The position numbers and the translations under genes are program-made. The notes beneath the pieces were generated by a model. It did no database searches and was not told where the DNA came from. It saw only the letters and a list, made by a program, of their open reading frames with translations. This document shows positions 47,028-57,301 of a stretch of DNA of 64,000 bases, one piece after another. Position 1 is the stretch's first letter; each line of letters opens with the position of its first letter. The stretch comes from Polyangiaceae bacterium (GTDB lineage: Bacteria; Myxococcota_A; Polyangia; Polyangiales; Polyangiaceae): NCBI GenBank assembly GCA_044376115.1, contig JBILLK010000003.1, positions 352,001 to 416,000 of the forward strand, in the 5' to 3' direction.

Positions 47028-47702
47028 TCAGTCATCTGCGAGCCAAACGACCGTGGTGGTCGCTCCTCCCCGCGGTTCATCTACGTAGTAAACAGCTCCG
47101 ATTCGCGAGCCGAAGTCCACCGATGCGACCTCTACAGGCGGCAGCCCGCGGTCCTCTTCTTGTTGTTGCAAGGGCTTGCTCGGCGCCGCGGCCAGCGTCG
47201 GCGCTGCAGGCTCGGCCGCAGCCACCTCATCGGCGGCGACCCTCGGTTCACTTGGAACTTGGGCCAAAGGAGCGTCGGTCGCCGAACGACCCCACACGAA
47301 TAGGGCTACTGCGGCCGCTGCCGCGAGGCCGGTCAGCCCAAACAGCAGACGACCGTTGTCGTTCGCCGCTGACGCGCTTTTCGCGGGGCTCTTCGGAGTG
47401 AGGGAGAGCACTTGCGCAGGTTTGGCTGTTTCCGCCGGCTTGGTCGAAAGCTTGGGTCGGGCCTCAAGCTTGGCTTCGGCTTGGTCGAAGTCAGCAACCC
47501 CCTTCATGATCGCGTCGCTCAGGTCGGGCAGCTGGGCCTTCCCCGCGGTTTCCCGAACGAACACGCCAAGCGCGTTCATCCCCCGCAGTTTGGCCGCCGC
47601 CTGCTCATCCCCGTCGAGTAGCGCTTGAAGCTCGGCCTGCCGCGACGGCTCGAGTTCACCGTCGTGGAACATCATCCATTCGAGATCAGTAGGAGGCTTC
47701 AT
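47028..47702 (-). CDS. Putative membrane anti-sigma factor
   Basis: FHDGEL N-terminal anti-sigma-like domain, single TM helix, TTVVWL C-terminus; overlaps the sigma stop. Confidence 0.75.
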   Translation of the reverse strand: MKPPTDLEWMMFHDGELEPSRQAELQALLDGDEQAAAKLRGMNALGVFVRETAGKAQLPDLSDAIMKGVADFDQAEAKLEARPKLSTKPAETAKPAQVLSLTPKSPAKSASAANDNGRLLFGLTGLAAAAAVALFVWGRSATDAPLAQVPSEPRVAADEVAAAEPAAPTLAAAPSKPLQQQEEDRGLPPVEVASVDFGSRIGAVYYVDEPRGGATTTVVWLADD

Positions 47703-48613
47703 ACTTCTTCTTCCGCCTGAGACTCATCGTGGTCGGCGCCGATCTCTTTCAACGGCACCTCAACTTGTTTACGGAGCCCGTCCCCGCGCGGGGCTGTGAC
47801 GTCCAACTCGGCGTACACGTCAGCGAGCGCTTTTTGCATCTTTTGACGGGCGTGAAAGAGGCGGCTCATGATCGTCCCCTTCGACACGGACATGGCCTCG
47901 GCCATCTCCTCGTAGGAGAGGCCTTCAACCTCACGCATAATGATGACAGCGCGGTGGTAGGGCGGCAGCGCGGCAAGGGCTGCCTCGATGCGGGCCGACA
48001 TCTCCTTGCGTCGGACCACATCGATCGGGTCTGCGCCGTCGATCCGTGAGACGAGGGCAAAATCCCCCTCGGCCTCTTCGGAGACGTCTCGCGACTCGTC
48101 CAGCTCGGCCCCTTTGCGGCCTGGCTTGCGCATGAGGTCGATCGCCAGGTTCGTGACGATGCGATAGAGCCAGGTGAAGAAGGACGACCCACCTTCGAAG
48201 GTGTTGATGCCCTTGTAGACCCGGAGAAACGCCTCTTGGACGATCTCGCGAGCGTCATTCTCATCGCGAACGAGCCCAACAGCGATGGCGAAGGCCCTGC
48301 GCTGATGGCGGTCGACCAGCTTCCGGAACGCCAAGCGGCGCGCCACGCTGTCACCATTTTGAGCTTGTTCAATAAGGGCACGGTCTTCCTCGGCTTCGCG
48401 AACTCGAAACTCCTTGTTGGACGCTTCGTTTCCACGGCTATTCACCGAGCCGTCCCGTCCGCGTGATCGGGCCTCCGAGACAATCGCCGCGCGCTGGGCT
48501 GCGGGGCTGGCGGCCTCTCCGCCCGGCTCCTGCGGGGAGTCAGCAGGCGAGACTCCACCGTCACTCGCGGACGGAGTGGGTCCTTTGCCGTTCGAACCAA
48601 TTCCGGGAGCCAC
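47699..48613 (-). CDS. ECF sigma-70 factor (RpoE-like)
   Basis: DAREIVQEAFLRVY, SFFTWLYRIVTNLAID, REVEGLSYEEMA, GTIMSRLFHAR. Confidence 0.93.
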   Translation of the reverse strand: MAPGIGSNGKGPTPSASDGGVSPADSPQEPGGEAASPAAQRAAIVSEARSRGRDGSVNSRGNEASNKEFRVREAEEDRALIEQAQNGDSVARRLAFRKLVDRHQRRAFAIAVGLVRDENDAREIVQEAFLRVYKGINTFEGGSSFFTWLYRIVTNLAIDLMRKPGRKGAELDESRDVSEEAEGDFALVSRIDGADPIDVVRRKEMSARIEAALAALPPYHRAVIIMREVEGLSYEEMAEAMSVSKGTIMSRLFHARQKMQKALADVYAELDVTAPRGDGLRKQVEVPLKEIGADHDESQAEEEV

Positions 48614-48670
48614 GAGGAGCGCAAGCTATAGCACGGTTGCCGATACCGACGTTCCTTGTTGCGCCGCTCG

Positions 48671-49765
48671 TCAGTTGTTCTCGGGCAACGCCGAGAGCGT
48701 CACCTTGAGGTCCTGCTCTTTGCCGCCTCGAACGACTCGAACCGTGGCCGGTTGCCCAACGCCGGCGATGCTGGCGTACCAGCGCAGCGCCTCCGGCCCA
48801 TCGACCGCGTTGCCGTTGAAAGCGACGATCACGTCATCCACCTTCATGCCTGCCGCCTCGGCGGGCCCGCCGCCCTGTACGTCCTTCACCCAAGCGCCCT
48901 TTTTCGAGCTCAGGCGCCCCGTCACGTCCTTCACTTCACCAACAATCACGCCGATCGCGCTGCGGCGAATGCTGCCGTACTTCAGCAGGATCGGCAGGAT
49001 GTCTTTGACCATGTTGATCGGGATGGTGAAGCCGATGCCGTTCGCGTTGGCGCGAATCGCCGAGTTGATGCCGACCACCTCACCTTGGAGGTTCAGTAGC
49101 GGGCCGCCCGAGTTGCCTGGATTGATGCTCGCGTCGGTCTGCAGGAAGGAAAAGTAGCCGGACGGATCCAAGCCGTTGACGTCCTCACGCGTTCGGCCCC
49201 GAGCACTCAAGATGCCCGCCGAAACAGTGTGCGAAAGACCAAACGGGTGGCCGATGGCCATCACCCAGTCCCCAACCAGGGCCTGGTCAGAGTTGCCGAG
49301 CGGTAGGGCTGGAAGACCTTTCCCCTCGACCTTGAGCACTGCAACGTCAGTGCGTTTGTCTGATCCCACCACGGTCGCGCTGAACTCGCGCCCGTCCTTG
49401 AACCCGACCTTGATCGACTGGGCGTTCTCGATCACGTGATGGTTCGTGAGCAAGAAGCCATCGGCGTCATAAACGAACGCCGTTCCCATCCCCTCGCCGC
49501 GCCGTAAGGAAGCTTTCACCTGCGCCACGCTCGGATCGACTCGCTCCACGAGCGGGGCGAAGGACATCGGCCGGCTGGTGAGATCGATGGGTACCAGCGG
49601 GGCTTGTGCCGGTAGCTGAGGGAGCGCATCGCGCGGAGTCGGCGTCTCCTCGTCGCTCTCTTTCTGCTTCTTCCCGAGCCCAAGCCGGTCGCACCCTGCG
49701 TTTGCGGTTGCGACCAAAACGAGTGCGATCACCCAGGCTCGACGCGCTGCTCTACCGATTGCCAC
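48671..49765 (-). CDS. HtrA/DegP-family serine protease with one PDZ domain (lipoprotein)
   Basis: LTNHHVI, TDVAVL, QTDASINPGNSGGPL, PDZ domain; lipobox NAGC. Confidence 0.93.
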   Translation of the reverse strand: MAIGRAARRAWVIALVLVATANAGCDRLGLGKKQKESDEETPTPRDALPQLPAQAPLVPIDLTSRPMSFAPLVERVDPSVAQVKASLRRGEGMGTAFVYDADGFLLTNHHVIENAQSIKVGFKDGREFSATVVGSDKRTDVAVLKVEGKGLPALPLGNSDQALVGDWVMAIGHPFGLSHTVSAGILSARGRTREDVNGLDPSGYFSFLQTDASINPGNSGGPLLNLQGEVVGINSAIRANANGIGFTIPINMVKDILPILLKYGSIRRSAIGVIVGEVKDVTGRLSSKKGAWVKDVQGGGPAEAAGMKVDDVIVAFNGNAVDGPEALRWYASIAGVGQPATVRVVRGGKEQDLKVTLSALPENN

Positions 49766-50015
49766 GCAGCTCAGCGTAGCGCGCTTTCAGATCCGTCAAG
49801 GCCTGATCCAGGAGGCGCTCCTCATCTCCCGTGAGATTGCCCTTGGTCTTGTTCTGCAGGACGACCAGAAGATCGATGTTTTGGCGCGCGAGATCAAAGT
49901 TGACCTCAGCTGGCTCATCCGCGTCCGGCGGCGCGTCCCCCATGTGGACGTAGGCCGAGCCGATGATCCCCAGGACGAACGTGGCGAAGTCGAGCTGAGG
50001 AAGGTCCTGAGTCAC
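49752..50015 (-). CDS. DUF1844 domain protein
   Basis: ARQNIDLLVVLQNKTKGNLTGDEERLL. Confidence 0.88.
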   Translation of the reverse strand: MTQDLPQLDFATFVLGIIGSAYVHMGDAPPDADEPAEVNFDLARQNIDLLVVLQNKTKGNLTGDEERLLDQALTDLKARYAELRGNR

Positions 50016-50236
50016 GACGCCTCGTCTTCCTCGTCGAGTTCTTCCTCTTCATCCACGCCGAAGAGAGCGGGCTGTTCCAAGCCAATTTCCTCGCCCTTCG
50101 CCTCAGAATCGGGGAGCTCGGCCAAGTGCTTCTCGAGCGTCTTTGCGTCGAGCAGGCCGTTGGTGAGGAAACGCTCGCGAACGCGAACATCGAGGAGGTC
50201 AGGGCCAAAGGTGGGTTTCGAGGCTGTCTTCGTCAT
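50012..50236 (-). CDS. Small hypothetical protein with acidic tail
   Basis: MTKTASK...DVRVRERFLTNG...LAELPD...EEELDEED; stop overlaps the DUF1844 start. Confidence 0.7.
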   Translation of the reverse strand: MTKTASKPTFGPDLLDVRVRERFLTNGLLDAKTLEKHLAELPDSEAKGEEIGLEQPALFGVDEEEELDEEDEAS

Positions 50237-50285
50237 GGGGCACCGTACTCTTACGCAGTCAGGCGGTAGAGAAAAGAAAAGAACT

Positions 50286-50879
50286 TCAGGATCGACGGGC
50301 TTTGAGCTCGACGAGTTGACTATCTGCCGCGGCAGCAGCCGCATGTTCAGCGTCTTGTTCGGCGTTTTCACCGTGATTGTGGGCTTGGCCACAGCCGCAA
50401 GCGTCCGCCTCGAGCTCGGCGCGCGCCTCGGCGATTTCCTCGTCGGTGGCGTCGCGAACGGCGAGAACGGCCACCTCGAGGCGTACGACCTTGCCGGCAA
50501 GCGGATGGTTGGTGTCCACCACCAGCGTCTCCGGACGAACCTCGAGCACGCGCATGACGACGTCACCGTCCGGACCCGAGGCGACGAACTCCTCGCCCAC
50601 CGTCAGGTCATCGGAGCCCTCCAAGCCGTCTTTCTCCAGCTCGAAGATCCCCTCAGCGTCATGTGAACCGAACGCCTCGTCGGGTTGAGCAACGAGCGAG
50701 CGCTTTTGACCGGCGGCCATGCCCTTGAGCCCCGTCTCGAGCACCGGCAACACCTGGCCGTAGCCTTGAATGTAGTCGGCGCGAATCGGCTCGTCGGTCA
50801 GCTGCTCGCCCGACACGTGGTCGAAAAGCGTGTATTCGAGCTCAACGTGCGTGTCTGTTGCAACCAGGGCAGCGGTCAT
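50286..50879 (-). CDS. slyD: FKBP-type peptidyl-prolyl isomerase SlyD
   Basis: LETGLKGM..G, PDEAFG, VDTNHPLAGK, VRDATDEEI, Cys/His tail. Confidence 0.9.
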   Translation of the reverse strand: MTAALVATDTHVELEYTLFDHVSGEQLTDEPIRADYIQGYGQVLPVLETGLKGMAAGQKRSLVAQPDEAFGSHDAEGIFELEKDGLEGSDDLTVGEEFVASGPDGDVVMRVLEVRPETLVVDTNHPLAGKVVRLEVAVLAVRDATDEEIAEARAELEADACGCGQAHNHGENAEQDAEHAAAAAADSQLVELKARRS

Positions 50880-50950
50880 GGCGCACTCCCTATTCGTTTG
50901 CGATCGAGGGAGCAAGCGCCGGCGTCGCCTCGCGATGCTAAAGAGCGCAC

Positions 50951-52228
50951 ATGGCCGGTTCGACGACAGCGTCACGTGAAAATCTCCGACGTGAGATTTC
51001 GCGTGAAGAGGGCGGATACAAATGGGTGAAGCGCCTGCTGATCCTGGCGGTGATCCTCGGGCTGATCGCCGGCTTGGTGATCTACCGAATACGCAACGCG
51101 CCCCCGCCCCCGCCCCTGTACGTCTTCGCCGAGCTGACCGAGGGGGACGTCAGCGAGAACGTGCAATCAACCGGCACGGTCAAGCCGGTGACCGAGGTCC
51201 AAGTGGGTGCGCAGGTCTCCGGCCGAGTCACCAAGGTGTTCGTCGACTTCAATAGCAACGTCAAAGCCGGCGACGTCCTAGCGGAGATCGACCCGACGAT
51301 TCTCAGCGCTCAAGCCGACTCGACCTCGGCCCAGCTCGCCTCCGCCTCTGCCTCGGTCAAGCGCGCAGAGGCCAACCTGGAGGCTGCTCGTCTGCGTTTG
51401 GAGCGTGCCAAGAAGCTCGCGACCGAGAAGATTGGCACCCAATCCGACGTCGATGCCGCGCAAGGAACGCATGACGTAGCCGCGGCCGATCTGGTCGCCT
51501 CACGAGCGCAGGTCACGCAGATCTTCGCGCAACTCAAGCAGACCAAGACCAACTTGGACTTCACCAAGATCCTCTCGCCGATCGATGGGGTCGTGATCAC
51601 CCGTTCGATCGACTCGGGACAGACGGTGCAGGCGAGCTTTCAAGCCCCGACCTTGTTCGTGTTGGCCCAAGACCTAAAGAAGATGCGCGTCTTTGCCGAC
51701 ATCGATGAGGCAGACGTCGGCCGCGTTCTTGAGGGTATGGCGGCTGAGGTCAACGTAGACGCCTTCCCGTCGGTAGCGTTTGCCGGGCGCGTGGTTCAGG
51801 TGCGCCTCTCGCCCGTGTCGCAACAGGGCGTCGTGACCTACGCGGCGGTGATCGACGTCGAGAACCCCGACCTCAAGCTGCGCCCGGGCATGACCGCCAC
51901 GGTCACGATCAAGAGCGCTGAAGCCAAGGCCAAGACCCGCATCCCGAACGCAGCGCTGCGCTTTCGGCCTACGCCGCCGCTCGACGAAAAGGGCAAGCCT
52001 TTACCGCAGGAGCCGTTGCCCCGACTCGAACCGGGCAAAGGGCGGATCTGGGTCCTCGTGGATGAAACGCCGGGGGCCGAGAAGGTCGAACCGCTGATCG
52101 TCGACATCGGCATCACCGACGGCGTCTACACCGTGCTGCTCTCGGATCCTCCCAGCCAGAAGATCGTCCGCGATGAAACCGACGCCGTGTCAGGCGCCGG
52201 GGGCAAAAAGAAGAAGGGGCCGTTTTGA
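50951..52228 (+). CDS. MacA-like periplasmic adaptor subunit
   Basis: VQVGAQVSG, DFNSNVKAG, SPIDGVV, GQTVQASFQAPTLF, LRPGMTA. Confidence 0.92.
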   Translation: MAGSTTASRENLRREISREEGGYKWVKRLLILAVILGLIAGLVIYRIRNAPPPPPLYVFAELTEGDVSENVQSTGTVKPVTEVQVGAQVSGRVTKVFVDFNSNVKAGDVLAEIDPTILSAQADSTSAQLASASASVKRAEANLEAARLRLERAKKLATEKIGTQSDVDAAQGTHDVAAADLVASRAQVTQIFAQLKQTKTNLDFTKILSPIDGVVITRSIDSGQTVQASFQAPTLFVLAQDLKKMRVFADIDEADVGRVLEGMAAEVNVDAFPSVAFAGRVVQVRLSPVSQQGVVTYAAVIDVENPDLKLRPGMTATVTIKSAEAKAKTRIPNAALRFRPTPPLDEKGKPLPQEPLPRLEPGKGRIWVLVDETPGAEKVEPLIVDIGITDGVYTVLLSDPPSQKIVRDETDAVSGAGGKKKKGPF

Positions 52229-52989
52229 ACCAGGCGCCCACCGCCGAGGTCCCGCTCATCGAGCTGCGTGAGGTCTCGAAGGAGTACCGCAGTGAGGCCT
52301 TCGTGGTCAGGGCGCTCCGTGGCGTCGATCTGCGCATCGAGCGTGGGGACTTCGTGGCGATGGTGGGTCAAAGCGGCTCCGGTAAGAGCACGATGATGAA
52401 CATCATCGGCTGTCTGGATCGCCCTACGTTTGGCCGCTACATCCTCGACGGCATCGACGTCACCGAGCGCTCCAACGACGCCCGCGCGATCGTGCGCAAT
52501 CGGCTGATCGGCTTCATCTTCCAAGGCTTCAACCTGCTGCCTCGAACGACGGCGCTCGAGAACGTGGAGCTACCGCTGGTCTACCGCAGCGTCAGCGGTA
52601 AAGAGCGTCGAGAGCGGGCGCGCGCGGCGCTCGAATCGGTTGGGCTCGCCGACCGTATGCACCACACGCCGAACCAACTCTCGGGCGGTCAGCAGCAGCG
52701 CGTGGCGATCGCTCGGGCGTTGGTCACCAGCCCACCCCTGTTGCTCGCCGATGAGCCCACCGGAAATCTCGATACGCGCACGAGTTATGAGGTGCTCGGT
52801 CTCTTGCAGGAGCTCAACGCAAAGAACATCACGATCGTGTTGGTGACGCATGAACACGACATCGCCGCCTGCGCCAAGCGCGTGGTCAGCATGCGCGACG
52901 GGCGGGTGCAGAGTGACACCGTCTCCAGCGAGCGCATCATCGCTCGCGAGGCGCTCGCCGCGTTACCACCGCTCGAGGACCACGTATGA
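52225..52989 (+). CDS. ABC transporter ATP-binding protein (MacB/LolD type)
   Basis: [29 protein letters not shown]. Confidence 0.95.
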   Translation: MNQAPTAEVPLIELREVSKEYRSEAFVVRALRGVDLRIERGDFVAMVGQSGSGKSTMMNIIGCLDRPTFGRYILDGIDVTERSNDARAIVRNRLIGFIFQGFNLLPRTTALENVELPLVYRSVSGKERRERARAALESVGLADRMHHTPNQLSGGQQQRVAIARALVTSPPLLLADEPTGNLDTRTSYEVLGLLQELNAKNITIVLVTHEHDIAACAKRVVSMRDGRVQSDTVSSERIIAREALAALPPLEDHV

Positions 52990-54206
52990 GAGTGCTGCTC
53001 GCCGCTATTCGAATGAGCGGGCGCGCGATCATGCGCTCGAAGGTGCGTTCGGCGCTGACGACGCTGGGCATCCTGATCGGCGTGAGCGCCGTGGTCGTGG
53101 TGGTCGCGCTCGGTAACGCAGTCCGCGGTCAGGTTGCAAAGCAGATCGAGACCTTGGGCGCGAACACCATCTTCATCTTCCCGCAGGACACTCGCAGCTC
53201 GGGGGCAAAGACCCAATCGCGTGCAAAGCTCACGGAGGCCGACGCGCAGGCCATTCTGAAGGAAGCCACTAGCGTGAGCGCGGTGACTCCGCAAAGCACG
53301 ACGCGCTCGCAGGTCCTCGTGGGCGACAAGAACATCTCCACGCAGATCTTCGGGATTGGCGAGGACTACTTCAAGGTCATGGCCTTCGAAGTAGCCGAAG
53401 GCACGCTGTTCTCGCAGCTCGAGTATCGAACCAAGGCGAAGGTGGTGATCCTCGGCGCAACCGTGCGTAAGAGCTTGTTTGGTTCGGGCGACCCAGTCGG
53501 TGAATACGTGCGCATTGGTAAGTACCCGTTCAAGGTCGTCGGCGTACTCAAGGAGAAAGGCCAATCCCCATTCGGTGATGATCAGGATGATCGCATCGTC
53601 ACCCCGATCGGCACCTTTCGCTCACGCCTGCTGCCTTCGGGCCAGGGGCGGGTGCAGCTGATCGTCGCGCAGGCCTCCGATGACCTCACGGTCGATCGCG
53701 CGACCCGTCAGATCGAGCAGATCCTGCGCCAGCGTCACGAGGTGGATCCGGAAGACGAGCCCGACTTTGGCATTCGCACGCAGGCTGAAATTCGTCGTGC
53801 GAATGAGACCTCCTTCGCCGCGATCACCACGGTGCTGTCGCTGATTGCAGGCATCTCGCTGGTGGTGGGCGGGATCGGCGTAATGAACGTGATGCTCGTC
53901 TCGGTGACTGAACGCACGCGCGAGATCGGCATCCGCATGGCGATTGGCGCGAGCTACTGGGACATCCTGCTGCAGTTTCTGGTGGAGGCGCTGGTGCTCA
54001 GCATGCTCGGTGGAGGTCTCGGCCTGCTGCTAGGCCTAGGCGTGAACGTAGCCCTCGCGAGCTCGCTAGGCTGGACCTTCGAGCTGCCCATTTCGGCGAT
54101 CGTCGTGGCGGTCGTGACCAGCGCTGGCATCGGCATCGTGTTCGGCTTCTTGCCGGCGCGGAGGGCCGCCTTGCTTTCCCCGATCGACGCGCTGAGGCAC
54201 GAATGA
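52986..54206 (+). CDS. MacB-type ABC transporter permease 1
   Basis: RSALTTLGILIGV, GGIGVMNVMLVSVTERTREIGIRMAIGA, PIDALRHE. Confidence 0.93.
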   Translation: MRVLLAAIRMSGRAIMRSKVRSALTTLGILIGVSAVVVVVALGNAVRGQVAKQIETLGANTIFIFPQDTRSSGAKTQSRAKLTEADAQAILKEATSVSAVTPQSTTRSQVLVGDKNISTQIFGIGEDYFKVMAFEVAEGTLFSQLEYRTKAKVVILGATVRKSLFGSGDPVGEYVRIGKYPFKVVGVLKEKGQSPFGDDQDDRIVTPIGTFRSRLLPSGQGRVQLIVAQASDDLTVDRATRQIEQILRQRHEVDPEDEPDFGIRTQAEIRRANETSFAAITTVLSLIAGISLVVGGIGVMNVMLVSVTERTREIGIRMAIGASYWDILLQFLVEALVLSMLGGGLGLLLGLGVNVALASSLGWTFELPISAIVVAVVTSAGIGIVFGFLPARRAALLSPIDALRHE

Positions 54207-55432
54207 CGTTCCTATCGCGGTTCCTAGCGGCGCTGTGGCTGGCCTTTCGAGCCGTTAGTCGCAACAAGTTGCGCGCCGGGCTTACCACGCTCGGTATCAC
54301 CATCGGCGTAGCGGCGGTGGTGACCGTGACCGCGCTGGCGACCGGCGCTCGACAGGGCGTAATGGCGCAGGTCAGCGCGCTCGGCAACAACGCGCTGATC
54401 GTCTTTCCACGCTCCTCGCGTACTTCAGGCGTACGCAACGACGCGAGCTCCAAACTCAACGAACTCGACGCCAAGGCGCTCACTCGCGACTCCACCAGCA
54501 TCGCCGCAGCTGTGCCGTTCTTGCGATCCGCTGCCGTCGCTGTGTACGAGTCGGAGAACACCACCACCAGCGTGATCGGGACGCGGCTCGAGTACTTTTC
54601 GGTGCGCGGCTGGACGGTCTCCGATGGTGAGGTTTGGTCGACGAATGCCGAGTCGGTCGCAGACAAGGTGTGTGTGATCGGCGTCGAGACTCGAAAAAAG
54701 CTGTTTGGCACCGGCGATCCGATCGGCAAGAACGTGCGCCTCGGCCGCTTCTACTTTCAGGTGATCGGCGTGCTGGAAGAGAAGGGTCAGAGCCCGTTTG
54801 GGCAGAACCAAGACGAGATCATCGTCATTCCGATTAGCACCATGCGCAGCTCGATCATTCGTTCCAGACCGAATGAGGTGCACGCGATCTTGTTCAGCGC
54901 CACCAGCGCCGAGACGACGAAGCAGGCGAAGCGGCAAGCCGAAGTGATTCTGCGTGATCGGCATCGCCTGCAAGAAGGCCAGGAAGACGACTTCGAGGTT
55001 CGAAGTCAGCAGGAGTTCCAAGAGCTGCAGGACACCATCTTTGGCTACCTGACGATGCTGCTCATCGGGGTCGCAGCGGTCTCGCTGGTGGTTGGCGGGA
55101 TCGGCGTGATGAACATCATGTTGGTGAGCGTCGCCGAGCGCACGCGGGAGATCGGTATCCGCATGGCCATCGGCGCACGTGAGGCCGACATCCTCATCCA
55201 GTTCTTGGTGGAGGCCTTGGTACTTGCGACCATCGGTGGCTTCATGGGCACAGCCATAGGTTGGGCCCTGATCGCCGTGTTTGCGAAGTTGCTCTCGTGG
55301 AATATCGGGATGGACGTGAGCACGCTGGCCCTAGCGCTAGGAACCAGCAGCTCGATTGGGCTTCTGTTTGGCTTCTTGCCTGCACGCCGAGCCGCTCGGC
55401 TCGATCCGATCAAGGCCCTCGGCCGCGAGTAG
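54203..55432 (+). CDS. MacB-type ABC transporter permease 2
   Basis: Paralog of the preceding gene; GGIGVMNIMLVSVAERTREIGIR. Confidence 0.93.
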   Translation: MTFLSRFLAALWLAFRAVSRNKLRAGLTTLGITIGVAAVVTVTALATGARQGVMAQVSALGNNALIVFPRSSRTSGVRNDASSKLNELDAKALTRDSTSIAAAVPFLRSAAVAVYESENTTTSVIGTRLEYFSVRGWTVSDGEVWSTNAESVADKVCVIGVETRKKLFGTGDPIGKNVRLGRFYFQVIGVLEEKGQSPFGQNQDEIIVIPISTMRSSIIRSRPNEVHAILFSATSAETTKQAKRQAEVILRDRHRLQEGQEDDFEVRSQQEFQELQDTIFGYLTMLLIGVAAVSLVVGGIGVMNIMLVSVAERTREIGIRMAIGAREADILIQFLVEALVLATIGGFMGTAIGWALIAVFAKLLSWNIGMDVSTLALALGTSSSIGLLFGFLPARRAARLDPIKALGRE

Positions 55433-55444
55433 CCGCTGCACAAA

Positions 55445-55475
55445 ATGAGACCGGCGCCTCGCAGGAGACGCCGGT
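55445..55475. terminator. Hairpin between the convergent permease and S1-protein genes
   Basis: ACCGGCGCCTC-GCAG-GAGACGCCGGT. Confidence 0.55.
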
Positions 55476-55498
55476 TCCACATCGCTCGTGCGCGAAGG

Positions 55499-57301
55499 TC
55501 AGCCCTTCTTGCCCAGCAGATCCGCGAAGGTTCCGAACTTCGCCTCGCGGCTAACCTGGTCACGGTACTCCGCGTAGGCGGCCTTCTCAGCGTCTTCCTT
55601 CATGGCGCGGATCGACAGCTTGGTCTCTCCGCGGCGGGTGTCCACCTCGATCACTTTGGCGTCGAGCTTCGTCCCGATCGGGAAGAACTTGCGCAGATCC
55701 GTTCCGCGTTGCGTGCCGGTGTGGCCAGCCGGAATGAAGCCGCGAGCAGCGCGACCGGTGAGGCCGATCACGCGCACGAGCAAGCCCGTCTCTTGCGGAT
55801 GAACCACCGAGACCTTGACCACGCGGTTGGGTCCAACGCGCGGCTTGGGCTCATTGGCCTCTTCCTCGGGCGGTGCAGGGTGAAGCGAGATGCGCCGGGT
55901 TCCACCGTCGCTCTGCGCCACGATCACGTCGATCGTGTCGTCCACCTTGAGGATGTCCTTGGGGTGTTGGATCGGCTTGACCGAGAGATCCTGCGTGTAG
56001 CAAAGCCCGTCGATTCCCGACTCCAGCTCGATGAAGGCGCCGAACGGTTGTAGCCGAACGACCTTACCGCTGTGTCGCGTTCCAACAGCGTACTTCTGAA
56101 GTACGTCGCCCCACGGATCCGAGGTGATGGCCTTGCGGCTCAGCCAAAGCTTGCCCTTCTCGTCGATGCGAAGGACCTTCACCTCGACCGGGTCACCAGG
56201 CTTGAAAAGCTCATTCAGCTTCGCCGTGCGATCGTGAGCGGCCTCGGTCGCGTGGACCAAGCCCTCAACGTTGCCGGCCTCCGGCAGCGCGACGAACACG
56301 CCCCACTGCATGACCGTGCGCACGATGCCCTGGTGAATCGACCCTGGGGTCAACACCTTGAGCGCGTCCGCGCGGGCCTGTGCAGCCTCGTCGGCAAGGA
56401 ACTTCTTGCGCGAAACGACGACATCACGACCCTTCTTTTCGTATTGGACGACCTCGAAGTTGAGGCGGCGCCCGACGAGATTCGAGAGGTCGGCGTTGGG
56501 CCGAAGTTCCACGTGGGAGGCCGGTGCAAAGGCGCGAAGTCCATCGAAGTCGACCTCGACACCGCCGCGCACAGCGCCGGTCACGAAGCCCTCGATCATC
56601 TCCCCAGCGGTCTTTGCTGCTTCAACCTTCGCTTTGGCGTCATCCAAGGAGAAAGCGCTGCGTGACATGCGGAGCATGCCGCCACGAACACCGTGGCTCG
56701 CGACCGTCGCGATGAATTGGTCACCCGCTTGCGGGGGCTCGCCGTCGCCGAGCTCACGCCGATCAAAGAGGCCGAGCGCCTTGCCCGCGACATCCACCCA
56801 GATCGAATCTTCGGTGACGCGTTCAACTTTGCCGAAGACCTCTTCACCGATGCGGAAGGGAAGCGGCTCGCGCGGATCAGGCTTGTTGCGACGCTCGCGC
56901 TTTTGGCCTTCCTCAGCGGGAGCACCTTCAACTGCACCCTCCACGGCGCCCTCTGCCGGCGCGCCTTCTGCTCCGCCTTCCTTCTTCTTGCGGCGGCGGC
57001 GGCGACGCTTCTTCTTGGCGCCGTCAGCCGGAGCTGCGCCGTCAGCGGCGCCGTCAGCGGCTGCCTCTCCTGCCTCGGCATCGTCTCCACCTTCGTCGGC
57101 ACCGTCGGCGTCGTCGCCGTCTGCCGCATCAGAGGCGGAGTCACTCTCACTGGTTGATTCGGCCCCAGCAGGTGCTGCCGATGCAGAGTCACCCGCTTTG
57201 GAGACGCTCGTCTCCGACTCTTGTGGGGACGCCTCACTCGGAACGCCATTCGGCGTTTCGGAGGAGGAGGACTGCTCGGCCTGCTCTTGTTCGGTGCTCA
57301 T
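55499..57301 (-). CDS. Multi-S1-domain RNA-binding protein (RpsA-like) with disordered N-terminus
   Basis: About five S1 repeats (GLRAFAPASHV, WGVFV..EGLVH, PFGAFIELESGIDGL); C-terminal FGTFADLL. Confidence 0.85.
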   Translation of the reverse strand: MSTEQEQAEQSSSSETPNGVPSEASPQESETSVSKAGDSASAAPAGAESTSESDSASDAADGDDADGADEGGDDAEAGEAAADGAADGAAPADGAKKKRRRRRRKKKEGGAEGAPAEGAVEGAVEGAPAEEGQKRERRNKPDPREPLPFRIGEEVFGKVERVTEDSIWVDVAGKALGLFDRRELGDGEPPQAGDQFIATVASHGVRGGMLRMSRSAFSLDDAKAKVEAAKTAGEMIEGFVTGAVRGGVEVDFDGLRAFAPASHVELRPNADLSNLVGRRLNFEVVQYEKKGRDVVVSRKKFLADEAAQARADALKVLTPGSIHQGIVRTVMQWGVFVALPEAGNVEGLVHATEAAHDRTAKLNELFKPGDPVEVKVLRIDEKGKLWLSRKAITSDPWGDVLQKYAVGTRHSGKVVRLQPFGAFIELESGIDGLCYTQDLSVKPIQHPKDILKVDDTIDVIVAQSDGGTRRISLHPAPPEEEANEPKPRVGPNRVVKVSVVHPQETGLLVRVIGLTGRAARGFIPAGHTGTQRGTDLRKFFPIGTKLDAKVIEVDTRRGETKLSIRAMKEDAEKAAYAEYRDQVSREAKFGTFADLLGKKG

